From positions 341,881 to 405,880 of the forward strand of contig JAVVEA010000002.1 of assembly GCA_032250835.1 (NCBI GenBank): 64,000 bases of DNA, read 5' to 3'. The position numbers and the translations under genes were made by a program. This document shows, in pieces, positions 50,472 through 59,161 of this stretch. The notes under the pieces were generated by a model, which saw only the letters and a list, made by a program, of their open reading frames with translations, did no database searches and was not told the origin of the DNA. The DNA is from a bacterium. GTDB lineage: Bacteria > SAR324 > XYD2-FULL-50-16. Positions within the stretch are counted from its first letter, which is position 1. Each line of letters starts with the position of its first letter.

Positions 50472-51704
50472 CTATTCTTTGGGCTTGAGGGTGATGTAGA
50501 ACTTACGCGAGGCGCTTTCGGTCACCTTGCCTTGGCTGTTTTTAGCGACCACCCGCCAGAAGAGGTGGTCCATTTCTCGGGTCTCCATCAACCCAATGCC
50601 CATCTGGGGCATCTCCCCCTTCATCGGATTGATCTTAAAGCTCGGCGTCCAAAGGTCCCCTTTGGGTAGGTAGAAGCTATCAGCGTCGTTGGTAAAAGTC
50701 GGGTCCGCCGAGATTTGCAACTTAAATTGGTTGTAGTCCTTAGAGCGCCATTCGAACTGAAACAAACCTTCTTCGGCGAAAGAGTAGTTGTTGTCCGGGA
50801 AGACCAGTGCTACGTCACCAAAGATTAAGAGGTTGTCGGTTGTCGCTTGGTTGTTGGTTTCATCCATTTCTTTGAGCGAGCCGCCTTCGTCTAACACCGC
50901 TAAGACCTGATATTTACCCTGTTGTTCTGTCGCAGGAATGGTCAAGGGGACTTCGAGCACCTTGCGTTCTCCCGGCGCGATCAGGTCAACCCGATCACGG
51001 AAGAAGCTCACCTTGCGGTTGGGTCGCTGGCTAAAGAACCAGTAGAGGCTATAGGTCGCATTGGCGGCGACGTTGCCTCCATCGTTATTGATGTACATCC
51101 GAACATGGGTCGTCTCGCCGCGCAAAACCGAGGCGTTGATTAAGGTCACCTGAGAAAACTTAAGGTCCGGCGGATCAAAACTTACGTCGCTGGCTTTAAG
51201 CGTTTCGGCTTCCTTGTTTTTGCGCAGTTCGGCCATTTCTTCTTCGGTCAATTTCTTTTGACGGCGCTTCTCTGGCGGGGCGTCACGCTGGCTGCGGTCG
51301 AGGCCATAAAAAATTTGCTCTTGCACCTTGGTAGTGGTCAGTACCACTTCATCGGCGCGGTTAAAGACCCTGGCGGCGACGGTGTAGTCCCCGCCATCGT
51401 GCTGGCCTAAGGGGTAGGGGATCAGGGCGCGGGTGTCCGAGTAGGCGTTGGCGATAATGTGTTTGTTGCCATAGGTGATGATGTTTCGGTTCGGCAGGGT
51501 GACCACCAGCCGCACGATCAAGGGTAGGTCCTTCGCGCCCGAGTTGCGCACCGTGACCTCCACCAACTGCTCGCGCCCGGTGTCCACCACCTCTTCTCCG
51601 ATCAGCATCTGCTCCAGGCTTAAGCCGGGGATGCTTACGGGCTCTTGGGCCAGCAGGCCAAAACCCCAGGTAAGGGCCAGCAATAGGGCTAAAATTCGCT
51701 TCAT
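50472..51704 (-). CDS. Exported Ig-like/CARDB-domain protein
   Basis: Signal peptide; PDL....., I.N.G, D......E.DETNN CARDB pattern. Confidence 0.7.
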   Translation of the reverse strand: MKRILALLLALTWGFGLLAQEPVSIPGLSLEQMLIGEEVVDTGREQLVEVTVRNSGAKDLPLIVRLVVTLPNRNIITYGNKHIIANAYSDTRALIPYPLGQHDGGDYTVAARVFNRADEVVLTTTKVQEQIFYGLDRSQRDAPPEKRRQKKLTEEEMAELRKNKEAETLKASDVSFDPPDLKFSQVTLINASVLRGETTHVRMYINNDGGNVAANATYSLYWFFSQRPNRKVSFFRDRVDLIAPGERKVLEVPLTIPATEQQGKYQVLAVLDEGGSLKEMDETNNQATTDNLLIFGDVALVFPDNNYSFAEEGLFQFEWRSKDYNQFKLQISADPTFTNDADSFYLPKGDLWTPSFKINPMKGEMPQMGIGLMETREMDHLFWRVVAKNSQGKVTESASRKFYITLKPKE

Positions 51705-51707
51705 CAA

Positions 51708-54518
51708 CTACTCGGAAAGGGGCGCAATCTCTTCGTTTCTAGTGTCTCGCACGATGGCGTCGTTTCGGTACATCAAGACATATCCTTGATCGGTGCCGGT
51801 GACCAGGTCTAGGTCGCCGTCGTGGTCTAGATCGGCGGCCACGGGGTTGCTGCCCTTAGGCGGGCTGATCCGGTCGCCGATTTCGGGCTGCAAGGTCCAG
51901 GTCCCCGAAAGGTCGGCAGCTTCGTTTTTATAAAACAGGATCTTCCCATTGTCTGACCCGACCATTAAATCAGGAATCTCGTCGTTATTCAAGTCGGCAA
52001 AGGCGGGCGTCGAGCCGATTCCCAGGTCCATTTTCTGGTAGTCCCTACGCACGATCACAAAACGGTTGGATTCGTTGCTGATGAAGGTCAGCTTCCCGTT
52101 GAGGGTACCGACCAGCAGGTCCAAAATGGCGTCATGGTTCAGGTCCATCACCGTCGGCTTGGCGTTGGGGCCGAGCCACAATCCCTTGAAGTAATCCTTT
52201 TCTAAGATAAAGTTGGGCTCTTCGGTGGTGCCTTGGTTGACGTAAAACCGCAACCGGCCCAGAGAAGTGCCGACCACCAAGTCTAGGTCGCCGTCTTGGT
52301 CAAGGTCATATAAGACCGGCGTGGTGTTGGCTAAATCCGAAGTGTTCAAGAAATCCTCGGAGACCAGTTCAAAGTTCCACTGTTGGTCTGTCCCCTGATT
52401 TTTGTAATAATAAATTTTTCCGCTTTTTGAGCCGATCAGCAGGTCGAGATCTCCATCGGCGTCTAAATCGCCGAAGGTGGGGCTGGATTTTTGGATCAGG
52501 CGGTTCTTGACCAAGTGAACCGGAGTCTTGTTAAAGCGGGGTTCGGCGACGATCTTTTGGACGCCCTCTTCCATCATAAAGGCTTCAAAGGGCTGTTCTT
52601 CCTCTTCGGCAGGTGCTTCGCCGGTCGCTTCGGTGAGGTCTAACTCAATGGGCCCTTCGACGTTTTCCACCACCAAGGAACCGGACTTCTGGTCGATGCT
52701 GTTGTCCACCACCACCTGCATATCTTCAGCACCGGAGCCGATGCCGCCGTTCAAATAGAGCAAAAAGTCCCCTTCATCGTTGCCCAAAAGCAGGTCTAGT
52801 TCCTTGTCGCCGTTAAAGTCGGTGAAGTAGGGGTGGCTTAAAAGGTCCACGTTGAATTGCCCAAAGGCTTTATCGGTAGTGTCCCAGTTGAGCTGGTCTT
52901 TGGCGTCAGGACCGGGGGATATATAAGTTAATAGTTTGCCGTCTTCGCCGCCGACGATCAAGTCCACATACTTGTCCCCGTTCCAGTCGAGCAAAGCGGC
53001 CACCGAATTTTGAGAGGTCTTGGCAGAGGCGAAGCGGGTTGATTCTAGGGCGAAGACCGGGTCTTTGGCGGTGCCTTTGTTGAGGTAGAGCACCACCCGG
53101 CCAGTGAAGTTACCGACCAGTAGGTCCAAATCGCCGTCCCCATCGATGTCTACCAATCGGGGAACTGAGTTGGAACCGACATCGATCTGGAAGTAGGTTT
53201 TGTCTTTTAGCTCCCACTTCGGCTCGGTCTTGCTGCCCACATTTTCTATATAGGCTAGCAGGCCTTGTTTGTCGCCCACCAGCAAATCCAAATCACCGTC
53301 TCCATCCAGATCGCCTAGAGCGGGCGCGCTGTTTTCCATGCCGGTGATGAACAGTAATTCCTCAGCGACCAGCGTCCAGTCCGGCTCTTGGGCGTTGCCA
53401 TCGTTGCGGAAGAAGTTGAGGTTGCCCGCCTTTTCACCAACGATCCAATCGGGGTCTCCGTCTCCGTCTAGGTCGCCGGTGGCGATCGAGGCCCGGTGGC
53501 CGGTGATCACTAATTTGTTGAAGTTGAAGATATTGGTGTTTACGCTCCAAAGCACCCGGCGGCCCAACTGCTCGCGGTTTTCATAGAGCGCCACGGTGGG
53601 GTTGGAGCTACCCATCACCATGTCGTCGTCGCCGTCTTGGTCGAAGTCAATAAAGTAAGGGGCCGACTCGCCGCCCACGTCGATCAGCAGATAGTTTTCG
53701 GACTTGAGCTTCCAGTCAGGAAAGAATCGGTCCCCTTGGTTCTCGAAATAAGAGATGGTGCCGTTCTTCATGCCCACAAAGAGGTCTAAGTCGCCGTCAT
53801 TGTCCCAGTCCGTCAGACTCGGCGAGGCGTGGGTCTCTAAGCCAAACTCGGCAACCTTTTGGGGGGTGTCTTTGTTGAAGGCCGGTTTTTTTCGGGTGCC
53901 TCGGTTATAAAAGAGGAAAACCTTGCCCTCTACGGTGCCCACGATCAGGTCGATTTTTCGTTGCAGGTTCACATCGGCAAAGACCGGCACTGAGTTGTGC
54001 CCCACATAAATCCCTTCAAACTTCGCCGTAAGGAGCTTAAAGACCGGGATCAGGTTGTTGCCGATGTTCTCGAAGTGCCAAATATTGCCTTGGGCGCTGC
54101 CAATAAAGAGGTCTAAGTCGCCATCGTTGTCGATATCCACCAAAAAGGGGGCCGAGCGCTCGCCCACGTCGATAGCGTTCCAGACCTTGACCTTGCGGAC
54201 ATTACGGCGCTGTTCGAAGATGCCTTTATACTGTTGGGTAACCAAGACGTAGTCCGCCTTGTCGCGGGTGCCTCGGTTCTCGAAGTAGGCCAACTCACCG
54301 TTGGCTTGGCCCATGAAGATGTCTAAGTCACCATCCCCGTCGATATCGCCAAAGGCCAGCTTGGAGTTGCGCATCTCGCGCGCGAAGATCAGCGCCCGCT
54401 CACCGTTGAGTTTGCTGTAATACTGCTGGGTCCAGGCATATTTCATGTCCTTCTGCTGGGCCTGTAATACCGGGGCCAGCAAAAATGCCAAGAGCAGCAA
54501 GAGGAGGTTGGGTCTCAT
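51708..54518 (-). CDS. Exported FG-GAP/VCBS-repeat protein (15 DxDxDG-type repeats)
   Basis: Signal peptide MRPNLLLL..LQA; repeats such as GDLDGDGDLDLLVG...G.L.Y..N.G. Confidence 0.9.
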   Translation of the reverse strand: MRPNLLLLLLAFLLAPVLQAQQKDMKYAWTQQYYSKLNGERALIFAREMRNSKLAFGDIDGDGDLDIFMGQANGELAYFENRGTRDKADYVLVTQQYKGIFEQRRNVRKVKVWNAIDVGERSAPFLVDIDNDGDLDLFIGSAQGNIWHFENIGNNLIPVFKLLTAKFEGIYVGHNSVPVFADVNLQRKIDLIVGTVEGKVFLFYNRGTRKKPAFNKDTPQKVAEFGLETHASPSLTDWDNDGDLDLFVGMKNGTISYFENQGDRFFPDWKLKSENYLLIDVGGESAPYFIDFDQDGDDDMVMGSSNPTVALYENREQLGRRVLWSVNTNIFNFNKLVITGHRASIATGDLDGDGDPDWIVGEKAGNLNFFRNDGNAQEPDWTLVAEELLFITGMENSAPALGDLDGDGDLDLLVGDKQGLLAYIENVGSKTEPKWELKDKTYFQIDVGSNSVPRLVDIDGDGDLDLLVGNFTGRVVLYLNKGTAKDPVFALESTRFASAKTSQNSVAALLDWNGDKYVDLIVGGEDGKLLTYISPGPDAKDQLNWDTTDKAFGQFNVDLLSHPYFTDFNGDKELDLLLGNDEGDFLLYLNGGIGSGAEDMQVVVDNSIDQKSGSLVVENVEGPIELDLTEATGEAPAEEEEQPFEAFMMEEGVQKIVAEPRFNKTPVHLVKNRLIQKSSPTFGDLDADGDLDLLIGSKSGKIYYYKNQGTDQQWNFELVSEDFLNTSDLANTTPVLYDLDQDGDLDLVVGTSLGRLRFYVNQGTTEEPNFILEKDYFKGLWLGPNAKPTVMDLNHDAILDLLVGTLNGKLTFISNESNRFVIVRRDYQKMDLGIGSTPAFADLNNDEIPDLMVGSDNGKILFYKNEAADLSGTWTLQPEIGDRISPPKGSNPVAADLDHDGDLDLVTGTDQGYVLMYRNDAIVRDTRNEEIAPLSE

Positions 54519-54613
54519 GTACGCCAAGTCGAAGGATTTGGACCAAGCCACCAGTCGGCCTTGAGGTCCTCTAAGAAGACCCATGCAAAGATAGGGCACT
54601 TTTGATGGCACCG

Positions 54614-55579
54614 CTAGATTTCTCTGCCAAACCAAACCACCCGACCGACGATTTGCAACTGTTCGTTGAGGTCGGTTGGGTCTACGGTTTGCTCAGAATA
54701 GCTGCGGTTATCGCTGCTGAGCTTGATCTTACCGTTGATCAGCCGTTCTAGCCGTTTGACGATCAAATCATTTTCAATCCGCAACACAAAAAGCAGGCCG
54801 TCTTTGACTTCGCGTTGGGCCATGTCCACCAAGATCAGGTCATTGTTGTGCAAGGTAGGGGTCATGGAATCGCCGATCACGTTGATCAAGGCCAGTCCGT
54901 CGACGCTAACCCTTAGGTGGTTGCGCACCCAGTCTTTGTGGAAGGCTAAATGGTCAATGATTTGTTCTGAGTCGATTTCGCTCCCGAAGCCCGCCGAAGC
55001 GGAAATTTGGTAGTGGGGGACATAGATAAATTGGTCTTCTATGCGGTTGCGGCCCCAAGGCAGGCCGTCTTCGGCGACCAGTAAATCTTCTTGAGACTCG
55101 CTTTGCTCGGTTAGGTCGGGAAAACGCTCCAATAAGGCCTGACGGGCCTCGGGGCAAAGCCCACGGCTCTTGCCGTCATGCACTCTCTTTTGGTGGCCGC
55201 CCAACAGGTGATCCCTGGTGATGCTTTGGTAGTAGCGGGTGCGAAGGCTCATGGAAAGGGCCGTTTGGGCCTCGCTGCGGCCCACCGGGCCGGGGATACG
55301 GTTGGGCCGGGCCTGCTCTCCCCTGGCTTGTTCCTTGGCGATGGCTGCATGTACTTTGGCTTCGTCCCAGAGGGACCAAGCAATTTGCAGATCGTCGGGC
55401 AGGCCCGAAAGGGGGTAGAGGTGGATCGGGCTTCCGTACTCGCGCTGCTGTTTTAAATGGGGCCAGTTCTGTTTGCGGGCCTTGTTGTTCAGACTTTTGA
55501 AGGAACTGAGCCCGGCAATATAGGAGAGCTCTACAATGTCCAGCAACAGGTACTTGGCTTTGTCGTTGGGGGTCGTCAT
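54614..55579 (-). CDS. Phage-type repressor: Mu-type N-terminal DNA-binding domain plus S24 autopeptidase
   Basis: KARKQNW...LYPLSGLP..LQ resembles the Mu c/MuA N-domain; SASAGFG cleavage site, GDSMTP Ser, VKRL Lys, IVGRVVW end. Confidence 0.82.
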   Translation of the reverse strand: MTTPNDKAKYLLLDIVELSYIAGLSSFKSLNNKARKQNWPHLKQQREYGSPIHLYPLSGLPDDLQIAWSLWDEAKVHAAIAKEQARGEQARPNRIPGPVGRSEAQTALSMSLRTRYYQSITRDHLLGGHQKRVHDGKSRGLCPEARQALLERFPDLTEQSESQEDLLVAEDGLPWGRNRIEDQFIYVPHYQISASAGFGSEIDSEQIIDHLAFHKDWVRNHLRVSVDGLALINVIGDSMTPTLHNNDLILVDMAQREVKDGLLFVLRIENDLIVKRLERLINGKIKLSSDNRSYSEQTVDPTDLNEQLQIVGRVVWFGREI

Positions 55580-55635
55580 AGCGGAATGATCAAAATAGAT
55601 GTAATATCAGTAGTAAACCATATCTACAGGTTTAA

Positions 55636-55764
55636 TACTTGACTTTTACTTCATTACTACTTCATACTTCAACCATCAAAGGGGCTGAAGTACTTCCATC
55701 TTGGCTGCCATTACTATAGTAATCCTAGGGCAAGTCGGCAAGTCATTACTTCAAGGATGAAGTA
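55636..55764. promoter_or_regulatory. Divergent control region with TACTTCA operator-like array
   Basis: TACTT(G/C)A at 55636, 55647, 55658, 55665; TGAAGTA at 55686; TACTTCA-N4-TGAAGTA at 55747-55764; candidate -35 TTGACT at 55639. Confidence 0.65.
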
Positions 55765-55820
55765 TTGTTCCTCTGGTGGGAAGCACCGAGGCAGCAACCC
55801 ATAATTTTAGGAGACCGAAG

Positions 55821-56444
55821 ATGGCCAAAATAACTTATATCGACAAAGAACCCTTTTGGGAAGACGCCCAAGGCCGGTTAATCCCGCAGACTCAGGTCCG
55901 CGCCGAGGATCAAGCCAAAGACCAACTGATCGAAAACATCGCCCAAAGCTGGCAAGAGGCGCATAAGCAATTGCAGGCCCTAAAAAAATGGGTTTATGCG
56001 GAAGTGGGTGCCTATCTATCGAATCTCTACACAAAATATGGCACCCAACCTCGACCGTCTGGCGGGGGCGTGACGCTCAAGGATTATTCAGGGCGTTTTA
56101 AGCTACAAATCCAGGTAGCCGCGATCATCTCCTTCGACGAAAAACTTCAGGTTGCCAAGGAACTGATCGACAACTGCATCGAACGTTGGAGCCAAAACTC
56201 GGAACCAAAACTGGTCGCGGTGATCAAAGACGCCTTCCGGGTCAACCAGCAGGGCAAGATCAGCATCCCCAGGATTTTGGGGCTGCGTAACCTAGATATA
56301 GATGACGAGGAATGGCAACGGGCCATGGAAGCCATCAGCGACTCGGTGTTGATCGAACACACCAAAAAATATGTGCGTCTTTATGAACGCGATTCCGTTG
56401 AGGGCCGCTACATTGCCCTCCCCCTGGACATCGCCGCATTGTAG
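55821..56444 (+). CDS. DUF3164-family protein (Mu-like phage early gene)
   Basis: DAQGRLIP, FDEKLQVAKELID.C, AF.V...G.I....ILGLR...I.D.EW..AM.AI.DS, YVR.YER, LDIA.L. Confidence 0.85.
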   Translation: MAKITYIDKEPFWEDAQGRLIPQTQVRAEDQAKDQLIENIAQSWQEAHKQLQALKKWVYAEVGAYLSNLYTKYGTQPRPSGGGVTLKDYSGRFKLQIQVAAIISFDEKLQVAKELIDNCIERWSQNSEPKLVAVIKDAFRVNQQGKISIPRILGLRNLDIDDEEWQRAMEAISDSVLIEHTKKYVRLYERDSVEGRYIALPLDIAAL

Positions 56445-56455
56445 GAGGTCCCCAA

Positions 56456-56962
56456 ATGCAAACCTTAAATTTAAGACGCCTCAAGGCGGAGTTGCTCCGC
56501 CACGAGGGATTGCGCCTCAAACCCTATCTGTGCCCGGCGGGCAAATTGACCGTCGGCGTGGGACGGAATTTGGAAGACCGCGGCCTGAGTGAAGAGGAGG
56601 CAGACTATCTATTGGAAAATGACCTGCAATATTGCGCCGATGCCTTGGCTACGCAGTTGCCTTGGACGGTCCAGTTGCCCTTGGAGGTGCGTGAAGTCTT
56701 GATCAACATGACCTTCAATTTAGGCATCACCGGTCTTTTGGGCTTTAAAAAGACCTTGGAGTCCCTGCAACGCCGCGACTGGAAAGCGGCCGCCCAGGAA
56801 ATGCTCGATTCCCGTTGGGCCACTCAGGTGGGTCCCAGAGCTGAAGAATTGGCCCAAAAAATTGTCCAAGTGGAGCTAGGACAGCGCCAGAGTTTAGAAA
56901 TTCTGATGGAAATCAAACAGCAGATCCAATGGATCGAGAAGCAGATGGAGGGAACATGTTAG
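56456..56962 (+). CDS. Phage-type lysozyme (GH24/T4-like) with C-terminal helical extension
   Basis: HEGLRLKPY.C.AGKLT.GVGRNL, NM.FNLG..G...FKK, EMLDSRWA.QV..RA. Confidence 0.88.
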   Translation: MQTLNLRRLKAELLRHEGLRLKPYLCPAGKLTVGVGRNLEDRGLSEEEADYLLENDLQYCADALATQLPWTVQLPLEVREVLINMTFNLGITGLLGFKKTLESLQRRDWKAAAQEMLDSRWATQVGPRAEELAQKIVQVELGQRQSLEILMEIKQQIQWIEKQMEGTC

Positions 56963-57303
56963 AAGAATTGGTGAGTATCTTAGGTCAAGAAGGGGCCCTT
57001 AAATTGATCCAGCGCTTTGGCGGAACGGCCTTATACATTCCGCACAACCCGCCCCAAAACCACGCATTGAGCTTGGTTTTGGGGCCCGAAGGGGCCGCGA
57101 GATTGGCGAGCTATTATGGCGGGGAAAACCTATACCTCCCGCTGGGGCGCCAATGGTTGCGCGAACAACAACGGCGCATGATCCATGACTTAAAGGCCCA
57201 GGCGGTCCCTAATAACCAGATTGCCCAGCGCATCGGCTGCACCAGCCGCTGGGTGCGGATGGTGATCCGCGACTACCCGCCGGTTGAGGCAACGGGGCTT
57301 TAA
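56956..57303 (+). CDS. Mor/C-family transcription activator
   Basis: G.EGA..L...FGG..LYIP and YGGENLYLP repeats, C-terminal HTH (IAQRIGCTSRWVR.V); start overlaps the lysozyme stop. Confidence 0.8.
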   Translation: MLEELVSILGQEGALKLIQRFGGTALYIPHNPPQNHALSLVLGPEGAARLASYYGGENLYLPLGRQWLREQQRRMIHDLKAQAVPNNQIAQRIGCTSRWVRMVIRDYPPVEATGL

Positions 57304-57364
57304 CAGAGACTTGCCTCAACGGGGCCAAAAGATCATAATAAGCCGATTATTAACGGTGATTGTT

Positions 57365-59161
57365 ATGAGGCTTTGGCCCCGTTTAGCTATATATGTTTTC
57401 CTGGTCGCCTCCTGTGCCCCTTCGGCTTATGAGCAAGCCGTCCAGCAGGATAACCCAGCGGCGTATCAGGATTTTTTAAGCCAGCATCCCCAAGACGAGC
57501 ATGCTGGAGCGGCCTCGGCGCGCCTTGAAGAATTATTGTGGTCCAAGGTCCAACGCAGTCCCAACCTAGAGGCTCTACAGGCCTATTTAGAGGCCTTCGC
57601 CGAAGGCGAGCACGCGGAGGAGGCGAAACAAAAACGCGAGCCCTTGCTCTTCGAGCGGGCCCAAAAATCCGGCCTTTCGGCTGATTATTCGGCCTATCTC
57701 TCTGCGTATCCCCAGGGACCCCATGCCGAGGAAGCCAAACGGGCCCAAGACCAAGCCGCCTACCACCAAGCCCGCCAGGAAGACAGCCTACAAGCCTACC
57801 AAGACTACCTTGAAAACAACCCCCAGGGAGCTTACCTAAAGGCCGCCAGCGAGCGGATGGAAGCGCTCGCTTGGGCCGCTGCTCGTAGTGAAAACTTGGC
57901 CCGTAGTTATGCCGCATACTTGGCAGATTTCCCCAACGGAGCCAATGCCAACCGGGCCCGTATTGTCTATGACGACCGCGCCTTTGAAGAAGCTAAAGCC
58001 TTGGACAGTAAAGAGGCCATGGACCGCTATTTAAGCGAGTTCCCCACCGGAATCCACTTGGCCGAAGCCCACGAACTGCGTGCCAAAGCTTGGTACGAGG
58101 ACGCCAAGGCTTCGGGCCGGGCCGAAGAGCTACAGGCCTTTTTAAAGGCCTACCCCCAAAGCAGTTACACGCTGGTTGCTTGGAAATCATTGATATCCAT
58201 TAATGTGGAGGCTTTGGGGTTAAATAAGGGCTGTCCTGGCTGTGATCTCTCGGGGGCGAACCTCAAGGGGCGCGATCTGCGGGATATGAATTTTTCAGAA
58301 GCGATCTTAAAGGGTGCTAACTTAGCGGGAGCCGACCTGCGCGGTGCCAAGCTCTCGGGCGCGCAACTTGAGGGGGCTAATCTTTCGGGGGCTCTGTTTG
58401 TCAACGGGGTGCGTTGTTCGATGCGCTCCATCAGCCTCTGTGCGACCTATGTTGCCGCGGACCTAAAGCGCCTGATGGAGACGATGAAATGCTCTAGTTG
58501 CATGTTACATGGTGCTCCTTTAGAAAAAGCTGAATTAGAAGGTGCGGACCTGAGGGGGGCGGATCTGCGCGAAGCGGATATGAAAGGGGCCAACCTGAAG
58601 AATGCCGATTTGAGCGGTGCGGACCTGCGCGGGGCCGACGGACGAGAGGTGAACATGCGCTTTGTTAAACTACGCGACGCCGATTTGAGCAACGCCCGTT
58701 TCGATCGTGCGGTAATGAAAGAGGTGGATTTTAGGGGGGCCCTGTTAGAGCGGACCAATTTCGAGCGCGCGGACCTCCGGCGTTCTTTTTTTAGCCGCAC
58801 TCGTCTGGCGGGACTTAACCTGCGCCTAGCGGACCTGCGCCGCGCCGAATTTGAGGAGGCCGAGTTGGTCCCGTTGGGGGACCGCAGCTTGGATCTGCGC
58901 CAAGCGGACCTGCGGTGGGGCTATTTTCAGAAAGCCAAGATCAGCGCGGACCTGCGCGGAAGTAACCTGAGCGAAGCCCGCTTTGAGGGGGCCCGTTTTG
59001 TAGGGAGTGACCTGCGTGGTGCTGACTTGAGCGGAGCGAATCTGAGCGAGGTGGAGTTCAGCCGAACCCAATTACAGTCCGTGAACTTCGTCGGGGCCAC
59101 CTGGGTGGACGGGAAGAAATGCGTCAAGGGCTCCGTCGGTGTTTGTTATAAGGCCGATTAG
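57365..59161 (+). CDS. Lipoprotein with ~31-aa helical repeats fused to pentapeptide repeats
   Basis: Lipobox VASC; about eight AY..YL..YP.G.HA.EA repeats; A(D/N)Lxx pentapeptide tracts with CPGC, CSSC and terminal Cys pairs. Confidence 0.85.
   Translation: MRLWPRLAIYVFLVASCAPSAYEQAVQQDNPAAYQDFLSQHPQDEHAGAASARLEELLWSKVQRSPNLEALQAYLEAFAEGEHAEEAKQKREPLLFERAQKSGLSADYSAYLSAYPQGPHAEEAKRAQDQAAYHQARQEDSLQAYQDYLENNPQGAYLKAASERMEALAWAAARSENLARSYAAYLADFPNGANANRARIVYDDRAFEEAKALDSKEAMDRYLSEFPTGIHLAEAHELRAKAWYEDAKASGRAEELQAFLKAYPQSSYTLVAWKSLISINVEALGLNKGCPGCDLSGANLKGRDLRDMNFSEAILKGANLAGADLRGAKLSGAQLEGANLSGALFVNGVRCSMRSISLCATYVAADLKRLMETMKCSSCMLHGAPLEKAELEGADLRGADLREADMKGANLKNADLSGADLRGADGREVNMRFVKLRDADLSNARFDRAVMKEVDFRGALLERTNFERADLRRSFFSRTRLAGLNLRLADLRRAEFEEAELVPLGDRSLDLRQADLRWGYFQKAKISADLRGSNLSEARFEGARFVGSDLRGADLSGANLSEVEFSRTQLQSVNFVGATWVDGKKCVKGSVGVCYKAD

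Noticed and set aside
52387-52402. Perfect CTGTCCCCTGATTTT motif copy
   Set aside because: It lies inside the FG-GAP coding sequence (encodes KNQGTD), isolated from the cluster; treated as coincidental.
54520-57365. Intact transposable prophage
   Set aside because: No MuA/MuB, structural genes, recognisable ends or target duplication.
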